From: an uncultured delta proteobacterium
GTDB taxonomy: Bacteria > Myxococcota_A > Polyangia > Polyangiales > Polyangiaceae
Length of the DNA stretch: 64,000 nucleotides
Direction: 5' to 3'
Assembly (NCBI GenBank): GCA_963841435.1
Contig: CAWJCS010000006.1
Coordinates: forward strand, 1,120,001-1,184,000
Of the stretch, positions 10,084-19,937 are shown piece after piece (position 1 is the first letter of the stretch; each line of letters starts with the position of its first letter). The notes under the pieces were generated by a model. That model did not search any database, was not told the origin of the DNA, and saw only the letters and a program-made list of their open reading frames with translations. Position numbers and translations under genes: made by a program.

Positions 10084-10428
10084 ATGAAACTTAGCCCGAT
10101 CGTTGGCATCTTCCTGCTCGTTGGTTGCGGTGGCGCCGCGGTGCCGCAAGAAGCGCTCACCGCCGCGAAGGCGTCCGTGTCGGGCGCCGAGGTCGGCGGC
10201 GCAGGCGCGGACCCCCAGGCTGCGTTGCATCTGCAGCGCGCCAAGGAGCAGCTCGCCACCGCCGAGAAGCTCATCGCCGACGGTGACAACGAGCAAGCCG
10301 CTCAGGTCATCGACCGGGCCACCGCCGACGCAGATCTCGCTCTGTCGCTCGCGCGCGAAGCCAAGGCGAAGGCCGACGCCCAGGAGACCGCGGAGCAGCT
10401 CAACCGTCTGAAGAAGACGACCCAATGA
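10084..10428 (+). CDS. DUF4398-like lipoprotein
   Basis: Lipobox LLVGC; helical AALHLQRAKEQL...RATADADLALSLARE pattern; directly upstream of OmpA gene. Confidence 0.75.
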   Translation: MKLSPIVGIFLLVGCGGAAVPQEALTAAKASVSGAEVGGAGADPQAALHLQRAKEQLATAEKLIADGDNEQAAQVIDRATADADLALSLAREAKAKADAQETAEQLNRLKKTTQ

Positions 10429-10475
10429 GCCGCCGCCGTTCGGTGGGAATCGAATCGCTTGAAGGAGCAAGTACG

Positions 10476-11345
10476 ATGGTGATCGCTCGGGTAAAATCCA
10501 AGACCGTGGTCGCTTGCCTGTGTGCGGCGGCGCTTGCCGCTTGTGGCGCGGCGCCTCCGCCCCAGGAGCTTTTGGACGCGCGCAAGGCCATCGACAAGGC
10601 GCAGGCGGGGCCGGCCGCAAAGCTCGCGCCAGCGCAGCTCGATACCGCCAAGCAGGCGCTAGCCAAGGCCGAGCAGTACTGGGTGGACGAGAGCGACCTC
10701 GGCCCCACCAAGGATCTGGCGTACATCGCACAGTGCCGCGCGGAGATTGCCGAGGCCGAAGCTGGCCGCGAGCAGGCCGAGCGCGCTCGGGCCAAGCTCG
10801 ACAAGGACTTCAAGGAGTCCCAGCTCGACGCGCTGCAGTCAACCAAGGCGACCGCAGCGAAGACCAAGGCCCAGCTCGAGGAAGAGAAACGCGCGCGCGC
10901 CGCGGCCGAGAAGCGCTCCGCCGAGGCCGAGAAGAAGCTCCAGCTTGCCATGGCGAGCCTGCAGGAGATCGCCAAGGTCAAGGAGGAGTCGCGTGGCGTC
11001 GTGATCACGCTCTCCGGGTCGGTGTTGTTCGCGACCGGAAAAAGTACGCTCCTCCCCATCGCCCAAGAAAAGATCGCCGAGGTGGCGAAGGCGCTCAAGG
11101 ACCAGGGGTACAAGAGCCTGCTCGTCGAAGGTCACACCGACGCTCAGGGCAGCGCCGACAAGAACATGGTCTTGAGCCAGGAGCGCGCCGAGTCCGTGCG
11201 CTCGTACCTCATCAACCAGGGCATCCCGTCGGACAAGATCCGCGCCCAGGGGATCGGGTCGAGCCGTCCCGTCGCGGAGAACAGCACGGCCGAGGGGCGT
11301 GCCAACAACCGTCGCGTCGAGATCGTCGTCGAGCCGTTGAAGTAG
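10476..11345 (+). CDS. OmpA-family lipoprotein with N-terminal DUF4398-like region
   Basis: Lipobox LAAC; RGVVITLSGSVLFATGKS, VEGHTDAQG, LSQERAESV, GRANNRRVEI; SD AGGAG before ATG 10476 (alternative start 10425). Confidence 0.9.
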   Translation: MVIARVKSKTVVACLCAAALAACGAAPPPQELLDARKAIDKAQAGPAAKLAPAQLDTAKQALAKAEQYWVDESDLGPTKDLAYIAQCRAEIAEAEAGREQAERARAKLDKDFKESQLDALQSTKATAAKTKAQLEEEKRARAAAEKRSAEAEKKLQLAMASLQEIAKVKEESRGVVITLSGSVLFATGKSTLLPIAQEKIAEVAKALKDQGYKSLLVEGHTDAQGSADKNMVLSQERAESVRSYLINQGIPSDKIRAQGIGSSRPVAENSTAEGRANNRRVEIVVEPLK

Positions 11346-11349
11346 ACCG

Positions 11350-12654
11350 TCACGCTCGGAAGAGCGCGGCGCGCGCCCCGTCGGCGTTGCCTGCGACGAT
11401 GGCGCGGGCCGCTTCCGCGCTGGGGGCGTGCCCGAGCGCCTCCAGGAGCGAAAAGAGGCTGCGCTTTCGCTCCGTGAGCACCCGATAGCGCTCGAGCGCC
11501 GTGCCGGGTACGGCGAATACCGCGACGGCCCGCGCGAAGAGCTCGCGGTACGCGGTGAGGTCGAAGCGGAGGGCGAGCTGGTCGAGCAGCAGATGGGGCA
11601 TCCCGGCCCCGACGAGCTCGCCGAGCACGGCGTTCACGAGGTTCATCGCGAGCGACTGATTGCCGGCCCGGAAAGGGTGCAGGCGTACGAAGCGAAAGTG
11701 AAACTCCGCGAGCGCCGCGAGCGCGGCGCCACGCTGGGCGTGCCGGACGGCGGCGCGCGCCGCGCCGAGGCTCGAAAAGAGCGCCTCGAGGTGCCGCTCG
11801 GTGACGGGCCGCGGTGGGCGAAACCACGCGCCCGGGTGCTCGTCGTCGCCGGCGCGCGCCGTGACGAGCTCGCCCTGGGGCAGCCCGTCGAGCGCCTGCG
11901 CCCGCTCGGGGTCGAGAGCCGCCTCGTCTCCGACGTCCTCGGCGAGCAGCCTCCAGTAGCTTTCGCCCCCGACGAGCCCCGCGTTGACCTTCGGCCCGGA
12001 CACGAGGTGCGGGCCGGAGGGCGTGGCTCGTACGACGCTCGGCGTCCCGTAGAGAACGCCCGGCTCGAGGCCCTTGGTCGCGATGGGGCTCGCCGGGCGG
12101 TAGTAGCTCTTTTGGTCCTCGCCCATGAGCGAAAGGACGTGCAGCTCTGCGAGCACTGCGAGCGCCTGGCGTGGTTCGGCGGTGCGCACGAAGAGGCGCT
12201 CGGCGTGGCGGCGAACGGCGCCCATGTTCGCCCAGTACGGCCGCGGGATCTCGTAAGGGGAGCCTGGAAAGCGCACGATCTCGGCGCTCGCCACGGCGCG
12301 CTCGAGCGCGAGCACCGCGTGCGGCGCGAAGAGGAGCGTCCCGAAGCAGACCGCGAGCAGGCGTGCGAGCTCGTCGTCACCGAGCCCCGCGAGGACCCGG
12401 GCATCGGCGAGCCGGCGCTCGCCATCGAGGAGCGCGAAGAACGTGCGGGCGCGTTCGGGGTCGACGCCGTCGATCGGAGCGGGCTCGGAGGTGCCCGGTG
12501 CCGGCAGCACGACGTCGTCGGCTGCGACCTCGAAGCGCACGCGCGGCTCGGTGAACAGGTAGCCCGCGTCGGGGGTGCTCGCCGCCCGGAGCCAGCGCTC
12601 GTAGCTCGCGACGGCTTCGGGCGACGGTCGGCTCGAGGGCGCGACGGAACCCAT
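11350..12654 (-). CDS. Fic/Fido-domain protein with non-canonical motif HPFRAGNQS and N-terminal winged-helix-like region
   Basis: [30 protein letters not shown] near the C-terminus; TGATG coupling to the upstream methyltransferase stop. Confidence 0.7.
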   Translation of the reverse strand: MGSVAPSSRPSPEAVASYERWLRAASTPDAGYLFTEPRVRFEVAADDVVLPAPGTSEPAPIDGVDPERARTFFALLDGERRLADARVLAGLGDDELARLLAVCFGTLLFAPHAVLALERAVASAEIVRFPGSPYEIPRPYWANMGAVRRHAERLFVRTAEPRQALAVLAELHVLSLMGEDQKSYYRPASPIATKGLEPGVLYGTPSVVRATPSGPHLVSGPKVNAGLVGGESYWRLLAEDVGDEAALDPERAQALDGLPQGELVTARAGDDEHPGAWFRPPRPVTERHLEALFSSLGAARAAVRHAQRGAALAALAEFHFRFVRLHPFRAGNQSLAMNLVNAVLGELVGAGMPHLLLDQLALRFDLTAYRELFARAVAVFAVPGTALERYRVLTERKRSLFSLLEALGHAPSAEAARAIVAGNADGARAALFRA

Positions 12655-13733
12655 CAGCCGAGCGCCTCCGCGATCCCGGCGGCGTCGTTGGAGACGACAC
12701 CGAACGCTCCAGGAAAGCTGCCGGGGGAAAACGTCCAGGCTTCGGCCGCCATCTCGGCGAGGATCGCGGGCATGCGGTCGAACAGCGTGCGCGAGGTCGG
12801 ATCGAGGCGCCGGACGACGACGAGGCCCGATGGCGGGGTGAGCACCGTGCGGATCCGCAGGTCCGGACGATGGCGCGCGAGCGCGAGGACCGCCTTGTAG
12901 GTGTCTCCGACCCAAAAACGTGTTCGCCGCTCGCGTTCGGCGGCGACGGGCGCGAGCGGGATGCAATCGTGCAACACGATGGTGCTCTCGGGCGCGCACC
13001 AGCGCTCGACGTTCGCGAAGTCGCGCAGCGCGAACTCGGCCAGATGCATGCCGTCAACGAAGGCAAGCTCGACGGGGTCGTCGCCGAACAGGCTCTCGCG
13101 CGTGCGGCTCGCGAAGAACGCGTCGCTCGTCTCGCGCACGACGCGCGTGCGCTCGGGCAACGCGTGATCCGCCGCAAAATCCGCCGGATCGACGCCGACG
13201 GCGAGCCTCGCCGTGGTCGCGAGCGAAAGCGTGCCACCCGTTTCGACGCCAATCTCGAGGTACGTGCGCGGGCGGAGCGCACGGTGCAACGCCTGAAGCA
13301 CCTCGCGGTACGGCGGGCCCGGCATGAGCAGCGTCGCGATGAGCGGCTGGGCGCCCGGATAGTCGGGGTAGCTTGCGACGAGGGCCGTCAGGGTGGCGAG
13401 CGCTTCGGCACGTCGGCCGCTGCGCGCCTGCATTTCGGCGACCACGTAGCGCGCGCTGAGATCGCCGGGTCTCGCGGCCGAGAGCGCGAGCGCCTCGACG
13501 AGCGCCGCCTCCCGGTCGCCCGAGACGAAGCGAGCCACGGACAAAGCGAGCGCCAGCGCCGGATCGGCCATCCGTTCGGGGTCGAGCGCCTCGGCGAGCG
13601 CGAGGGCGTGATCGAAGGCGCCGCGCTCCAGGCACTGCCGCACGAAGAACACCAGCTCGGCAGGCGAGGCCTCTCGGAAGGCTCGAGCGAGCTCGTCGCG
13701 GCTCGGGACGTACGAGTTTTGGCGAAGCGCCAC
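12654..13733 (-). CDS. TPR-repeat + class I SAM-dependent methyltransferase (Methyltransf_24-like)
   Basis: [46 protein letters not shown]-terminal TPR-like helices; GTG 13733 chosen because a -10-like TGCTACCAC lies 7 bp upstream. Confidence 0.8.
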   Translation of the reverse strand: MALRQNSYVPSRDELARAFREASPAELVFFVRQCLERGAFDHALALAEALDPERMADPALALALSVARFVSGDREAALVEALALSAARPGDLSARYVVAEMQARSGRRAEALATLTALVASYPDYPGAQPLIATLLMPGPPYREVLQALHRALRPRTYLEIGVETGGTLSLATTARLAVGVDPADFAADHALPERTRVVRETSDAFFASRTRESLFGDDPVELAFVDGMHLAEFALRDFANVERWCAPESTIVLHDCIPLAPVAAERERRTRFWVGDTYKAVLALARHRPDLRIRTVLTPPSGLVVVRRLDPTSRTLFDRMPAILAEMAAEAWTFSPGSFPGAFGVVSNDAAGIAEALG

Positions 13734-13874
13734 GGACCCGGTGGTAGCAGAGTCGGCCGCCGACGGCTTTTGCGCCCGCTCCGATGTTTCCGGGGTCGGG
13801 TCCGCTTGCGGCCCCAGGCGCCCTCTGCCATAGCCGAACCCGAACGCGCCCCCGGCGTGGGGCGCCTGCTCGAG

Positions 13875-16800
13875 ATGCTCACCCTGCGCGGCGGCCCCGC
13901 CCTCACGCCGTTCCGGCTGGAGCGGCTGCTTCAGGCCGTCGAACGTGCCGCTCCCGGCGTCAGCGCCGTCGACGCCGAGCACGTCTACTTCGTCGATCTG
14001 CAAGGCGAGGGGACCGAGGAGGAGCGGCGTCGGCTCGCGCTCCTCCTCTCGCTCGGTGTGGAACGGCCCGAGCCGCCCGGGCAGGCGCTGCTCGTGGTGC
14101 CGCGCGTCGGGACGCTGTCGCCCTGGGCCTCGAAAGCCACGGACATCGCCCACGCCTGCGGCCTCGACGGCGTGCGCCGCATCGAGCGCGGCACGCTCTA
14201 CCGCGTCGTCGGGCTCGCGCCGCCACACAAGGACGCGGTGCTGCCCTTGCTCCACGATCGCATGACCGAGAGCGTGCTCGCCGGTCTCGAGCAGGCGGCG
14301 GCGTTGTTCCGGGCGACGCCACCGCGCCCGCTCGGCCGCGTCGCGCTCGCCGGGGACGGTCGCGCGGCACTCGCACGCGCCAATCGCGAGCTCGGCCTCG
14401 CGCTCGACGAAGGAGAAATCGACTATCTCGCGCGGAGCTTCGCCGACCTCGGCCGCGACCCGACCGACGTCGAGCTCATGATGTTCGCGCAGGCCAACAG
14501 CGAGCACTGCCGCCACAAGATCTTCAAGGCGGACTTCGTCGTCGACGGCGCGCCTCAGGATCGCTCGCTGTTTTCCATGATCAAGAACACGCACGAGTGC
14601 TCGCCCGAGGGCACGCTGAGCGCCTACAGCGACAACGCGGCCGTGCTCGAGGGGCACCCCGCGCTCAGGTTCTTCCCGGATCCCGGAACGTCGGTGTACC
14701 GCTCGACGCTCGAGGACACGGCGCTCGTCGTCAAGTGCGAGACCCACAACCACCCGACGGCCATCTCGCCGCGGCCCGGCGCTTCGACAGGCTCCGGCGG
14801 CGAGATCCGCGACGAAGGCGCGACGGGGCAGGGCGCGAAGCCCAAGGCCGGCGTGACGGGCTTCGTGGTGTCGCACCTCGCGATCCCGGGGTTCGAGCAG
14901 CCGTGGGAGACGGACGGCGGCAAGCCAGATCACATCGTCTCGCCGCTCGAAGTGATGCTCGAGGGGCCGCTCGGCGGCGCGGGCTTCAACAACGAGTTCG
15001 GGCGCCCGGGCATTTTGGGGTTCTTCCGCACCTTCGAGCAGGAGGTCACGGGCCCCGAAGGACCCGAATGGCGGGGCTACAAGAAGCCCATCATGCTCGC
15101 GGGCGGCGTCGGCAACGTGCGTCCGATGCACGTGAAGAAGCGCGGCTTCCCCGCCGGAGCCCAGGTCGTCGTGCTCGGCGGGCCCGCGCTGCTCATCGGT
15201 CTCGGCGGCGGGGCGGCGTCGTCGATGGCGGGCGGGCAGAGCTCGAGCGAGCTCGATTTCGCGAGCGTGCAACGCGACAACCCCGAGATGCAGCGGCGCT
15301 GCCAGGAGGTCATCGACCGCGCGTCGGCGCTCGGTGACCGCACGCCCATCCTGAGCATCCACGACGTGGGTGCGGGCGGCCTCTCGAACGCCGTGCCCGA
15401 GCTGTTGCACGACGCGGGGCGTGGCGGGCGCCTCGAGCTGCGCGACGTGCCGAGCGCGGCGCCGGGCATGAGCCCGCTCGAGATCTGGTGCAACGAGGCC
15501 CAGGAACGCTACGTGCTCGCGGTGCGCGGCGACGCGCTCGGCGAGTTCCGGGCGCTCTGCGAGCGCGAGCGCTGCCCGATGGCCGTGATCGGCGAAGCCA
15601 CCGACGACGGGCGGCTCGTCGTCACCGATCGCGTCCTCGGTGGGAACGCCATCGACGTGCCGCTCGCGCTGCTCTTCGGCAACACACCGAAGCTCACGCG
15701 GCGCGCAGCGCACGCGCCGGTCAAGGCTCGTGCTTTCACGACGAACGGCCTCGATTCACACGAAGCGGCGGAGCGCGTTCTCAGGCTGCCGGCCGTGGCC
15801 GCGAAGGACTTCCTCATCACGATCGGGGACCGCACGGTGTCCGGCCTCATCGCCCGCGATCCCATGGTGGGTCGCTTCCAGGTGCCGGTGGCGGACGCGG
15901 CCGTCACGCTCGCGGACTATCGGGGCTTTGGCGGGGAGGCGATGGCGGTGGGGGAGCGCACGCCGCTCGCGGTGCTCGATGCCGCCGCTTCCGCGCGCAT
16001 GGCCGTCGGCGAGGCGCTCACCAACCTGGCCTCTGCGCCCGTCGAGCGTCTCTCCGACGTGAAGCTTTCGGCGAATTGGATGGCGGCGGCCGGTCACGCC
16101 GGTGAGGACGCGGCGCTCTTCGATGCGGTGCGCGCCGTCGGCATGGAGCTTTGCCCCGCGCTCGGCATCTCGATCCCCGTGGGCAAGGACTCGCTCAGCA
16201 TGCGCGTCGTGTGGGACGGCGGCCGGCGTGCCATCGTTTCGCCCGTCTCGCTGATCGTGACCGCCTTTTCGCGCGTGGCCGACGCGCGGGGCGCGCTCAC
16301 GCCCGAGCTTCGCCTCGATGTCGGCGACACGGCGCTCGTGCTTTGCGATCTCGGTGCCGGACGCTGCCGGCTCGGTGGCTCGGCGCTCGCCCAGGTGTAC
16401 GGCGCGCTCGGTGACACGCCGCCCGACGTGGACGATCCCGCGACGCTCCGCGCGCTCTTCGAGGGCGTCGCGGAAGCGCGCGCCGAGGGGCTCTTGCTCG
16501 CGTACCACGATCGCTCCGACGGCGGCCTGTTCGCCACGCTTTGCGAGCTGGCGTTTGCCGCGGGCTCGGGGGTCGAGGCGGAGCTCGATGGCCTGCACGC
16601 GGACCCGCTGGCGGCGCTGTTCAACGAAGAGCTCGGCTCGGTGCTGCAGGTGCGGCGCGCCGATCTCGAGCGCGTGCTCGCCACGTTCGAGCGCCGCGGC
16701 CTCAGTCGCGGTCCCGGTGGGCACCTCCACGTGATCGGCGCGCCGCGCTCGGATGATCGCGTCGTCGTGACCTCGGGCGGCCGGGCGCTCGTCTCGGGCA

Positions 16801-17760
16801 CGCGCACGCACTTTCGCGGGATCTGGTCCGAGACGAGCCATCGCATGCAGGCTTTGCGGGACCACTCGGGTTGCGCGCGCGAGGCGTACGAGCGCGTCCT
16901 CGACGCGCAAGATCCGGGACTGTCGCCACACACGACCTTCGACGCGGCCGCGGATCCGGCGCGTCCCTTCCTCGAGGGAGCGCGAACGCGCCCGCGCGTG
17001 GCGATCTTGCGGGAGCAGGGCGTCAACGGTCAGGTCGAGATGGCGGCAGCGTTCACGCAGGCTGGCTTCGACGCCGTCGACGTGCACATGAGCGATCTCT
17101 TGGGTGGTCGCATCGAGCTCGACGCGTTTCGCGGCCTCGTCGCGTGCGGCGGATTTTCCTACGGCGACGTCTCTGGGCGCTGGGCTCGGCTGGGCGAAAT
17201 CGATCCTCTTGCACGCCCGCGCGCGCGAGGCGCTCGCCGGTTTCTTCGCTCGCGAGGACGCGTTTGCGCTCGGCGTGTGCAACGGCTGCCAAATGCTCGC
17301 CGGCCTCAAGGAGCTCATCCCGGGTGCCGAGCGGTGGCCCGCGTTCGTGCGCAACCAGTCCGAGCAGTTCGAGGGGCGGCTCGTCGGCGTGCGCGTCGAA
17401 CGTTCGCCCTCCATCTTTTTCTCCGGGATGGAGGGCTCGACGCTGCTCGTGCCCGTCGCCCACGGTGAAGGTCGCGCGGAGCTTCTGCCCGAGGACGCCG
17501 AGAGCCTCGCTCGGGACGGCCTCGTCGTGCTCCGTTTCGTCGACGGACGCCGGCAGGTCGCCACGCGCTACCCGGACAATCCGAACGGGTCGCCAGCTGG
17601 CCTCACCGGTCTCACGACGCCCGACGGTCGCGTCACCGTCCTCATGCCGCACCCCGAGCGCGCGTTTCGCATCGTCCAGCACTCGTACCATCCGCGCACC
17701 GAGGGCGACCGCTCGCCGCTCGCCCGGCTGTTCTCGAACGCGCGCGCGTGGGTCGGCTAG
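13875..17760 (+). CDS. purL: Phosphoribosylformylglycinamidine synthase (large single-chain form); one apparent frameshift near 17172
   Basis: [70 protein letters not shown] / [15 protein letters not shown]; 1294 aa after removing one base. Confidence 0.97.
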
Positions 17761-17845
17761 CGCAACCACCCGGCATCCGAGCCGCTGTGGGCACCCGCGA
17801 CCTTCGAGCGTTGCGGTAGCAAACGGCATTCGCTATGACGGCTGC

Positions 17846-18542
17846 GTGGAGCACGCGATCACGCATGGCCCGTCGTTCTCCATGCTGCGCGTCGACCTTG
17901 CTCCTGGCGAGAACGTGGTCGGTGAATCGGGCGCCATGGTGGCCCGTCATGACCGCGTCGGCATGCAGGTCGAGCTCAACGCGGGGGCGCGCCCGGGCCT
18001 CTGGTCGTTTCTGAAGGCCTTGTTCGTAGCGTTCTTGCGCCGCGTGATCGGCGGCGAGACGTTCTTCGTCAACCGCTTCAGCGCGCCCCAGGGCGGCTCC
18101 GTGTGGCTCGCGCCGCCGCTCGCGGGGCAGGTCGTGCACCGGCGCCTCGCGGGCGAGCTCCTCGTGCTCTCCGCGGGCGCGTACCTCGCACATCACGGCG
18201 ACGTCGAGCTCGAAATGAAGTTCGGCGGGCTGCGTGGGCTGCTCGCCAAGGAAGGCGCGTTCTTCCTGGCCCTCACGGGCCACGGTGATCTCTGGTACTC
18301 GAGCTACGGGGGCGTCGAGACCATCGACGTGAACGGAAGCTACATCGTTGACAACGGTCACCTCGTCGGATACGAGGGCGACCTCCAATTTTCGATTCCG
18401 CACGCCGGGCGGCGGCTTTTTGGGCTTTGCCGCTTCCGGCGAGGGTCTGGTGTGCGAGTTTAGCGGTCAGGGCAAGGTGCACATCCAGACGCGCAACCTC
18501 GGCGCGCTTTCGAGCTGGCTCGCGCCGCTGCTCCCGGGCTGA
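17846..18542 (+). CDS. AIM24/TIGR00266 family protein (copy 1); one apparent frameshift near 18396
   Basis: ESGAMV, GGETFFVNRF, VDNGHLVGY, SGEGLVCEFSGQGKVHIQTRN. Confidence 0.85.
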
Positions 18543-18544
18543 CG

Positions 18545-19219
18545 ATGCAGTTCGACGTCCTTTACCGACCGGCGCACTCGCTCGCGCGAGTGTTGCTCGA
18601 TCCCAACGAGGCCGTGACGGCCGAGGCCGGTGCCATGGTCGGCATGTCGACGGGCGTGCAGATGCAAACCGCCTCGGGCGGCCTCTTGAGCGGCGTGAAG
18701 CGGCTTTTCGGCGGCGAATCGTTCTTCCGCAACACCTTCGTCGCTGGGGGCGGCGCGGGCGAGGTGCTCCTCGCGCACGCGTTGTGCGGCGACATGCGCG
18801 TGCTCGAGATGACCCAGACCGGCTTCTTCCTGCAATCGTCGGCCTTCGTCGCCTCCACCCAGAACGTGCTCGTCGAAAGCAAGCTCGGCGGGTTCCGTGG
18901 CTTCTTCAGTGGCGCCGGGATGTTCGTGCTGCGAGCGACCTCGCCTTCGCCCGGCCTGCTGCTCATCGGGGGCTTCGGCGGCATCGAGGAGCTTCAATGT
19001 GACGGCAGCCTCGTCATCGACACGGGGCACCTCGTCGCGTGGGACGCCTCGCTCGACTACTCCATCGGCAAGAGCGGCAGCGGGTGGATCGCGTCGTTTC
19101 TTTCCGGGGAAGGTCTCGTGTGTCACTTCCGCGGCCGCGGGCGCATCTGGATCCAGTCGCGCAATCCAGCGGAGTACGGCGGGCGCGTCGGCTCACTCTT
19201 GCCCGCGAAGAAAGGCTGA
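18545..19219 (+). CDS. AIM24/TIGR00266 family protein (copy 2)
   Basis: AEAGAMV, GGESFFRNTF, IDTGHLVAW, SGEGLVCHFRGRGRIWIQSRN. Confidence 0.9.
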   Translation: MQFDVLYRPAHSLARVLLDPNEAVTAEAGAMVGMSTGVQMQTASGGLLSGVKRLFGGESFFRNTFVAGGGAGEVLLAHALCGDMRVLEMTQTGFFLQSSAFVASTQNVLVESKLGGFRGFFSGAGMFVLRATSPSPGLLLIGGFGGIEELQCDGSLVIDTGHLVAWDASLDYSIGKSGSGWIASFLSGEGLVCHFRGRGRIWIQSRNPAEYGGRVGSLLPAKKG

Positions 19220-19221
19220 GC

Positions 19222-19902
19222 ATGCGCATCGAGCTCAGACAAAAGCCGGACTTTGCCGCCGCGCGCGTCGTATTCGACGCCGCCGGCGAGGCGATCGTCG
19301 CCGAGAGCGCCGCGATGATCGCGCGTGACTCCGGCCTCGACATGCAAACGTCGTTTCAGGGCGGGCTCTTCGCTGCGGCACGCCGCAAGCTGCTCGGCGG
19401 CGAAAGCCTGTTCACGAACACCTTCACGGCGACGGCTCCTCAGCAGACCCTGTGGCTCGCCCCCGCGGCGGAGGGTGACGTCGAGCTCGTTCACATGGAT
19501 CCGAGCTTTGGCATGTTCCTGTCGTCCGGCGCCTTTCTCGCCGCAGCGCCGAGCGTGCGCCTCGACACACGCTTTCAGGGCGCGCGCGGGTTCTTCAGCG
19601 GTGCCGGGCTCTTCCTGTTGTCCGCGCTGGGCACGGGGCCGCTCCTGTTCGGCGCCTATGGCGGCATCCACCCGATCGACGTGGGGCCCGCCGGCTACGT
19701 GTGCGACACGGGGCACGTCGTCGCGTTCACCGCCGGGCTAAGCTACGAGGTCACGCGTGTGGGCGGTCTGAAGAGCCTGTTTTTCTCCGGTGAAGGCCTC
19801 GTTTGCCGCTTCAGCGGGCAGGGGCGGCTCTGGGTCTCCACGCGCAACCCCGGCTCGCTCGTGAGCTTCCTCGAACCGTTTCGCTCGACGCAGTCCGGCT
19901 GA
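19222..19902 (+). CDS. AIM24/TIGR00266 family protein (copy 3)
   Basis: AESAAMI, GGESLFTNTF, DTGHVVAF, SGEGLVCRFSGQGRLWVSTRN. Confidence 0.9.
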   Translation: MRIELRQKPDFAAARVVFDAAGEAIVAESAAMIARDSGLDMQTSFQGGLFAAARRKLLGGESLFTNTFTATAPQQTLWLAPAAEGDVELVHMDPSFGMFLSSGAFLAAAPSVRLDTRFQGARGFFSGAGLFLLSALGTGPLLFGAYGGIHPIDVGPAGYVCDTGHVVAFTAGLSYEVTRVGGLKSLFFSGEGLVCRFSGQGRLWVSTRNPGSLVSFLEPFRSTQSG

Positions 19903-19937
19903 GCCACCGCTCGCGCGGAGCGACGCTTGGCGAGCGG

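Noticed and set aside
12870..13874. Apparent 335-aa N-terminal extension of PurL (1532-aa ORF)
   Set aside because: It is the antisense shadow of the TPR-methyltransferase gene; PurL homology starts at MLTLRG (13875)
17160..17180. Programmed frameshift or split PurL/PurQ
   Set aside because: The break falls inside the conserved [12 protein letters not shown] motif, has no slippery sequence and matches the window-wide insertion-error pattern
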